From: Fibrobacteria bacterium
GTDB taxonomy: Bacteria > Fibrobacterota > Fibrobacteria > UBA11236 > JADFYW01
Assembly (NCBI GenBank): GCA_050294405.1
Contig: JBNKOC010000009.1
Span: 85,869 to 149,868, forward strand
Direction: 5' to 3'
Length of the DNA: 64,000 bases
The notes under the pieces are model-generated. The model saw only the letters and a program-made list of their open reading frames with translations, did not search any database and had not been told where the DNA came from. Positions within the stretch are counted from its first letter, which is position 1, and each line of letters opens with the position of its first letter. A program made the translations under genes and the position numbers. Positions 59,300 through 64,000 of this stretch are shown here, piece after piece.

Positions 59300-62029
59300 T
59301 TAGTCCGCAAATTCGGCGATGGCCGATTCCAGCTTTTTCACCTTGTCTTCCTGGGTCTTAAGCTTAATGCGTTCTTTTTCTACCACTGTCGCTGGGGCGC
59401 CATCCACAAACTTTTTGTTGCCCAATTTTTTCTTCAGGCTTTGGCAAAAGCCCTGGGCCCGTTCCAATTCCTTTTTCATCTTGTCGATTTCGGCATCGAG
59501 GTCTAAAATGCCTTCCAGTTTTACAAAAACCTGACCGCCTTTGAAAATGCTGGCTGCAGAAAGTTTAGGTTTTTCCATGTTAGCGGCAATTTTTATGTCT
59601 CCCAAATTTTCCAGGTTGTGTATTACTTTGTGCTCGGCTTCTCCCAGGTTCTCTTTTCCATTCAGCTGAATGGCGATATCCAGTGATTGGGAAGGGGAAA
59701 TGGAATAAGCTCCTCTTACAGAACGAATGGATTCTACAATGGCAAAAATTTCTTCAAAACTCTCTTCAATGTCCTTGTTAATAAAATCATTGTTTACTTG
59801 AGGCCAGGGAGAATTGATTAACGATGCCTTTTCATCCAATTGGCTGGCAATTTCCTGGGTGATAAATGGCATTACGGGGTGCATGATGTTAATGAGTTTG
59901 TCTAATACATACAGAAAAACCTGGATGGCCTGCTCTTTTTTTGGCGAGGATTCATGTGAGGTGATGGTTTTTTTCTGGATTTCCAGATAGCGGGAACAAA
60001 AATCATCCCAGGCGAAATGATATATTAATTGAGCTATTTCAGAAAATCGATATTTTTCCAGTGCTTCGTTAGTTTGGCCTACCAGGCTGTGTAGTTTGGA
60101 TACTATCCATTTTTCTGTTAAATCAAGCTTTTCATAATCAAAACTTCCCTTAATTCCTTCAGCGTGCGGCAATACAAAGCGAACGGCGTTCCAGATTTTG
60201 TTGGCGAAGTTCCTGCCCAGTTCAAATTTTTCTGATGTATTGATTTCTCTGCCGTCTTCCAGCTTTTCTTTTTTAACGGGCATACGAGCGTCCTGATTGT
60301 CCGTGCTCATGTGGGCAAGGGTGAATCTCAAAGCGTCAGTGCCGTATTTTTCAATAATATCCAGAGGGTCTACGCCATTGCCTTTGCTTTTGGACATGCG
60401 TTGTCCCTGACCGTCCAAGATAGTGGTATGTATATAAACATGTTTGAAGGGAATTTCACCCATGTTTTCCAAACCGGTTATCACCATTCTGGCTACCCAT
60501 AGGCTAATAATATCCCGGCTGGTAACCAGAACAGAAGTGGGGTAAAAAGTTTTTAAATCATCTGTTTGTTCGGGCCAACCCAAAGTGGAATGAGGCCAAA
60601 GGGCTGAGGAAAACCAGGTGTCCAACACATCTGGATCTCTTTTAAGTAGAACCCCATTGCCCAAAATATCTTCAGATAAATCTTCTTCCATAGAACATAT
60701 AAGCCAGCCATTTTCAATGGGCTTCCAAATAACATCGTTCCTTTTGGCAAATGCCTTTTGCAAATCTGTTTCGGGGCAATCACCGGCATACCAAATGGGA
60801 ATCTGGTGCCCCCACCAAAGCTGACGGGAAATGCACCAATCTCGTTTTTCTCCCAGCCAGTCCAGATAACTTTTTGCAAAGCGTTGTGGAAAAAACTGGA
60901 TTTTGCCATTGCTTACTACGTCCATGGCTTTTTGGGCTAAATCACTCATGGCCACAAACCACTGGTCGCTTAAGTACGGTTCAATAGCTGTTTTGGAACG
61001 GTCTGAATGGCCCACCTGCATTTCATGGGGATCGATTTTAATCATCAATTCCATGGCTTCCATTTCTTCCACCAATTTTTTGCGGCAGGCTTCTCTTTTC
61101 ATGCCTGCAAAAGGTCCAGCTTCGGTGTTCATTTTTCCATCATCCGTTAAGATGTTTATCATTTCCAGGTTGTGCCGAAGACCTGTTTGATAATCGTTGG
61201 GGTCGTGGGCTGGAGTTACCTTCACACATCCGGTTCCAAAATCCATGTCTACTAAAAGCCCATCTGCAATAATGGGAATTTCACGGTTCACAAAAGGAAC
61301 CTTAACATTTTTACCAATGTATTCCTTATATCGGGGATCGTCTGGATGCACTGCAACGGCTGTATCGCCCAAAATTGTTTCGGGCCGGGTGGTGGCCACA
61401 GGCAAATACCCGCTCCCATCGGCCAGAGGGTATTTAAAAGTCCACATGTGGCCTTTAACGGTTTCATAAAATATTTCATCATCGGCAACGGCTGTTTGCA
61501 AATGGGAGTCCCAGTTCACAAGACGTTTTCCACGGTAAATCAAATCTTTTTGAAACAAATGGAAAAAGGTGTGCCGAACGGCTTTGGCGCATACGGGGTC
61601 CAGAGTAAAACGACGGCGAGACCAATCGCAGGAGCTTCCCATTTTTTGCAGTTGTCCGCAAATGCGTTCTTCATATTCGTGCTTCCAATTCCAAATGCGT
61701 TCTACCAGGGCTTCTCTGCCCAAATCGTGACGGGTTTTATTTTCTTCTTCAAAGAGTCTTTTTTCAACTACTGCCTGAGTGGCGATTCCGGCGTGGTCGG
61801 TACCTGGAATCCACAAGGTGTTTTTTCCCAATTTACGCTGCCAGCGAATTAAAATATCCTGAATTGTATTATTCAGGGCGTGGCCTAAATGCAGGGCTCC
61901 AGTTACATTGGGCGGGGGGATAACAATGGTATAAGGATCGCCGGAACCTTTTGGTTGAAAACTACCCGACTTTTGCCAATGGTCATACCATTTATTTTCA
62001 ATTTCCCCTGGGGAATATTTGCTTTCCAT
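59300..62029 (-). CDS. valS: Valine--tRNA ligase
   Basis: 'PPPNVTG.LHLGH', 'DHAGIATQ', 'WCISRQLWWGH', 'RMSKSKGN', C-terminal coiled coil. Confidence 0.97.
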   Translation of the reverse strand: MESKYSPGEIENKWYDHWQKSGSFQPKGSGDPYTIVIPPPNVTGALHLGHALNNTIQDILIRWQRKLGKNTLWIPGTDHAGIATQAVVEKRLFEEENKTRHDLGREALVERIWNWKHEYEERICGQLQKMGSSCDWSRRRFTLDPVCAKAVRHTFFHLFQKDLIYRGKRLVNWDSHLQTAVADDEIFYETVKGHMWTFKYPLADGSGYLPVATTRPETILGDTAVAVHPDDPRYKEYIGKNVKVPFVNREIPIIADGLLVDMDFGTGCVKVTPAHDPNDYQTGLRHNLEMINILTDDGKMNTEAGPFAGMKREACRKKLVEEMEAMELMIKIDPHEMQVGHSDRSKTAIEPYLSDQWFVAMSDLAQKAMDVVSNGKIQFFPQRFAKSYLDWLGEKRDWCISRQLWWGHQIPIWYAGDCPETDLQKAFAKRNDVIWKPIENGWLICSMEEDLSEDILGNGVLLKRDPDVLDTWFSSALWPHSTLGWPEQTDDLKTFYPTSVLVTSRDIISLWVARMVITGLENMGEIPFKHVYIHTTILDGQGQRMSKSKGNGVDPLDIIEKYGTDALRFTLAHMSTDNQDARMPVKKEKLEDGREINTSEKFELGRNFANKIWNAVRFVLPHAEGIKGSFDYEKLDLTEKWIVSKLHSLVGQTNEALEKYRFSEIAQLIYHFAWDDFCSRYLEIQKKTITSHESSPKKEQAIQVFLYVLDKLINIMHPVMPFITQEIASQLDEKASLINSPWPQVNNDFINKDIEESFEEIFAIVESIRSVRGAYSISPSQSLDIAIQLNGKENLGEAEHKVIHNLENLGDIKIAANMEKPKLSAASIFKGGQVFVKLEGILDLDAEIDKMKKELERAQGFCQSLKKKLGNKKFVDGAPATVVEKERIKLKTQEDKVKKLESAIAEFAD

Positions 62030-62095
62030 ATTTAACCTGTTTTTGCACTCAAAATATTAAAAAAATAGCCCCAAACAACCCTGGGGCCTGTCATT

Positions 62096-62120
62096 CTAAA
62101 TGCAAGTGACTTGCATTTAG
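62096..62120. repeat. Perfect 12-bp inverted repeat (1-nt spacer) between the SpoIID gene and valS
   Basis: CTAAATGCAAGT-G-ACTTGCATTTAG. Confidence 0.8.
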
Positions 62121-62130
62121 CTAAAAACCC

Positions 62131-63558
62131 TTAAGATTTGGACTTAATCAATTTTAACTGGGTGCCCCTGTAATAACTTTGAAGGATTTGAGAAAAATCC
62201 TGACCCCTGCGCGCCCGTTCCATGGCCCCCATTTGGCACATTCCAATTCCATGGCCATAGCCCCGGCCTTCCACTAAAACTTCAGCCCCTTTTTTCAGCA
62301 CATTAAACCAGGAACTGTGCAAAATTGGATATCCCATCACATCCCGACGCAGGGCCCAGCGGGTTTTGTCTCCATAGATATTGATTTTCCCTTTTTCAGT
62401 GAGTATTTCCATTTTTAAAACCCGGCCGGATTGAGTGCGTTCCACAACTCCTATGTTTATTATCTGATTAAAAAGCAAAAGAGGGCTGATACGGGCGCTT
62501 TCCTGATGTCGCTCAATTATCTTTACCAATTTTCCCGTGTTCCATTTTTCGTACCAATTGGAATATTTTGAAGCCCGGCAATAAGGAGTGCCTGTAGAGT
62601 CTTTGTCTTCAATACTGGTCAAATAGCCCAGGGAGTCCCCTCTCCAAACTTGATGGATGTTTGCCGTTCTTCCCCCACATGTGCTGTGATAAAAACATTG
62701 GGCCATTTCCCCTTCATAAACCAATACCAAATCCCGTGTTTCCGATACAGCCTTGTCCGATAAAAAAGTTTCGGACTTGGTGCCCATATACATTTGATCT
62801 CGGGTATCGGCATAGAGGTCAAAACCCATTTCTTCAAATTGGTTTAAGTGGCTCAAAGCATAGTTTCTGGCTGCCACCGCCTGCGCTTTTAAAGCCTCCA
62901 GGGTGGCTCTGTCACCCACAGGCATTTCGTAAGGCAGCACCCCACGCAAATAATCCTCAACTCGAACAACATTAATCACCAACAACCCGCCTTTGGGATG
63001 TTGCCTGATTTCAAGTCCACCTCTGTAACTGAGCTCTCCAATTTTTAAGAGATTCAGGGCCTGTTTTGATTTTATTTGCAGTTTTCCTTGTATCAGCGCC
63101 TGTTTTTGATCTGCCGGTGAGAAAACCTCGACTCCCTTTTCTGTTTGAACCAGGCGAACTTCTCCTCTGACATTTGCAAAGGGAATAGTGCTGTCCCCAT
63201 CTTCTTTCCAAAGGGAAACCCGGCCCAGGCTGTTGATTAAAAGCTCATTCACATTTTCCAAAATAGCTACTCTCACATGGGGCCTTGTGTTGGCCACGAA
63301 AAATGTGTCTGGGTTGAAGTCGTATTTTATTTCTTGTTTTGTGGGGTATATATATAGCGGTTTGGCGCTATCTTCCACAATATCTGAAGTGTCTATGGGC
63401 GTATCAAAAAGGGGGATAATTTCATCTTCTTCCACCACCTGTAAGGGCGGTTTTGATTCAGCTGCTTCTTCTTTTTTAAAAAGCAGACTACAGCCCGATA
63501 AAATTACTGTGGCTGCCAAAAGTGTCCAGGGAAATTTGTTGGGAAATAAAAAATTCAT
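62131..63558 (-). CDS. SpoIID/LytB domain lipoprotein (lytic transglycosylase family)
   Basis: Lipobox LSGC; 'EDYLRGV.P.EM', 'EALKAQAVAAR.Y', 'YHSTCGG.T', 'G.GHGIGMCQ.GA'. Confidence 0.9.
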   Translation of the reverse strand: MNFLFPNKFPWTLLAATVILSGCSLLFKKEEAAESKPPLQVVEEDEIIPLFDTPIDTSDIVEDSAKPLYIYPTKQEIKYDFNPDTFFVANTRPHVRVAILENVNELLINSLGRVSLWKEDGDSTIPFANVRGEVRLVQTEKGVEVFSPADQKQALIQGKLQIKSKQALNLLKIGELSYRGGLEIRQHPKGGLLVINVVRVEDYLRGVLPYEMPVGDRATLEALKAQAVAARNYALSHLNQFEEMGFDLYADTRDQMYMGTKSETFLSDKAVSETRDLVLVYEGEMAQCFYHSTCGGRTANIHQVWRGDSLGYLTSIEDKDSTGTPYCRASKYSNWYEKWNTGKLVKIIERHQESARISPLLLFNQIINIGVVERTQSGRVLKMEILTEKGKINIYGDKTRWALRRDVMGYPILHSSWFNVLKKGAEVLVEGRGYGHGIGMCQMGAMERARRGQDFSQILQSYYRGTQLKLIKSKS

Positions 63559-63663
63559 GCTGGGTTTATAGTACCAGCTTAAAATACGTTTTTAAAGTGT
63601 CTATTAGAATTAAAAGCGGTTGAGCTTTTTTATGAAAATTTTTGTTTCTCTTTTCTTTGTAAG

Positions 63664-63761
63664 TCTCGGGAATATCAACTTTCGAAAAATCAGCTGTAAC
63701 TTGGCTTTTGAATGTGGCATCCAACCAGCAATGTTTTTCTCAACCTGATATTCCCGATTTC
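63664..63761. repeat. 98-bp palindromic repeat element, copy 1
   Basis: Identical to 63900-63997; 12-bp inverted repeat TCGGGAATATCA / TGATATTCCCGA near its ends. Confidence 0.95.
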
Positions 63762-63899
63762 AGAGAAGGTGAAAAAATGAACTGATTTTCCCTAAAAATG
63801 CTTTGGGGCGCTGTTTTATTGCCTATAACAATCTTGTATGAAGAGCAAATTGTTTTGGGGAGTAACTTTTTATGAAGTTAGAATTATAAGGTTTCTGAC

Positions 63900-63997
63900 T
63901 CTCGGGAATATCAACTTTCGAAAAATCAGCTGTAACTTGGCTTTTGAATGTGGCATCCAACCAGCAATGTTTTTCTCAACCTGATATTCCCGATTTC
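63900..63997. repeat. 98-bp palindromic repeat element, copy 2
   Basis: Base-for-base identical to 63664-63761; period 236 bp. Confidence 0.95.
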
Positions 63998-64000
63998 GAA

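Noticed and set aside
63632..63748. 38-aa ORF (MKIFVSLFFVSLGNINF...) running through repeat copy 1, a possible small toxin
   Set aside because: No clear RBS, and the equivalent ATG before copy 2 stops after 5 codons, so coding is not preserved.
63664..63997. CRISPR array interpretation of the terminal repeats
   Set aside because: A 98-bp unit and 138-bp spacer are far outside CRISPR sizes; only two copies are visible and there are no cas genes in the window.

Overview
A gene-dense, AT-rich bacterial chromosomal window. It most likely comes from an environmental Fibrobacterota-like organism, inferred from a TIGR02147-type regulator, a DUF2341/LamG lipoprotein and T9SS-like C-terminal tails. 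About 1-20 kb is accessory: an MFS transporter fragment; a TIGR02147 regulator coupled to a large lipoprotein; secreted beta-propeller and DUF1080 proteins flanking a probable outer-membrane barrel; a divergent ebo-like cluster whose cyclase has 2-deoxy-scyllo-inosose synthase (BtrC-like) motifs; a GT-C/GT2 fusion with a TIGR04282-type partner; an ActP-like symporter; and a geranylgeranyl-reductase-family enzyme. About 20-63.5 kb is mostly housekeeping (cheY, gmhA, gyrA, surE, hisS, queF, serC, dnaE, fliC, tsaD, ftsX, envC, holB, recJ, argH, accD, folC, rpsT, trpEGDC, valS, SpoIID/LytB). Embedded in it are a helicase-associated/WYL protein coupled to dnaE, two near-consensus sigma28 promoters (one in front of an orphan disordered protein), and a TPR-DUF4388-multi-roadblock-MglA operon with a long acidic MglA tail. 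The window ends with two identical 98-bp hairpin-forming repeats 236 bp apart. I recognised no rRNA, tRNA, CRISPR array or transposase. All family calls come from motif recognition by eye, not database searches.
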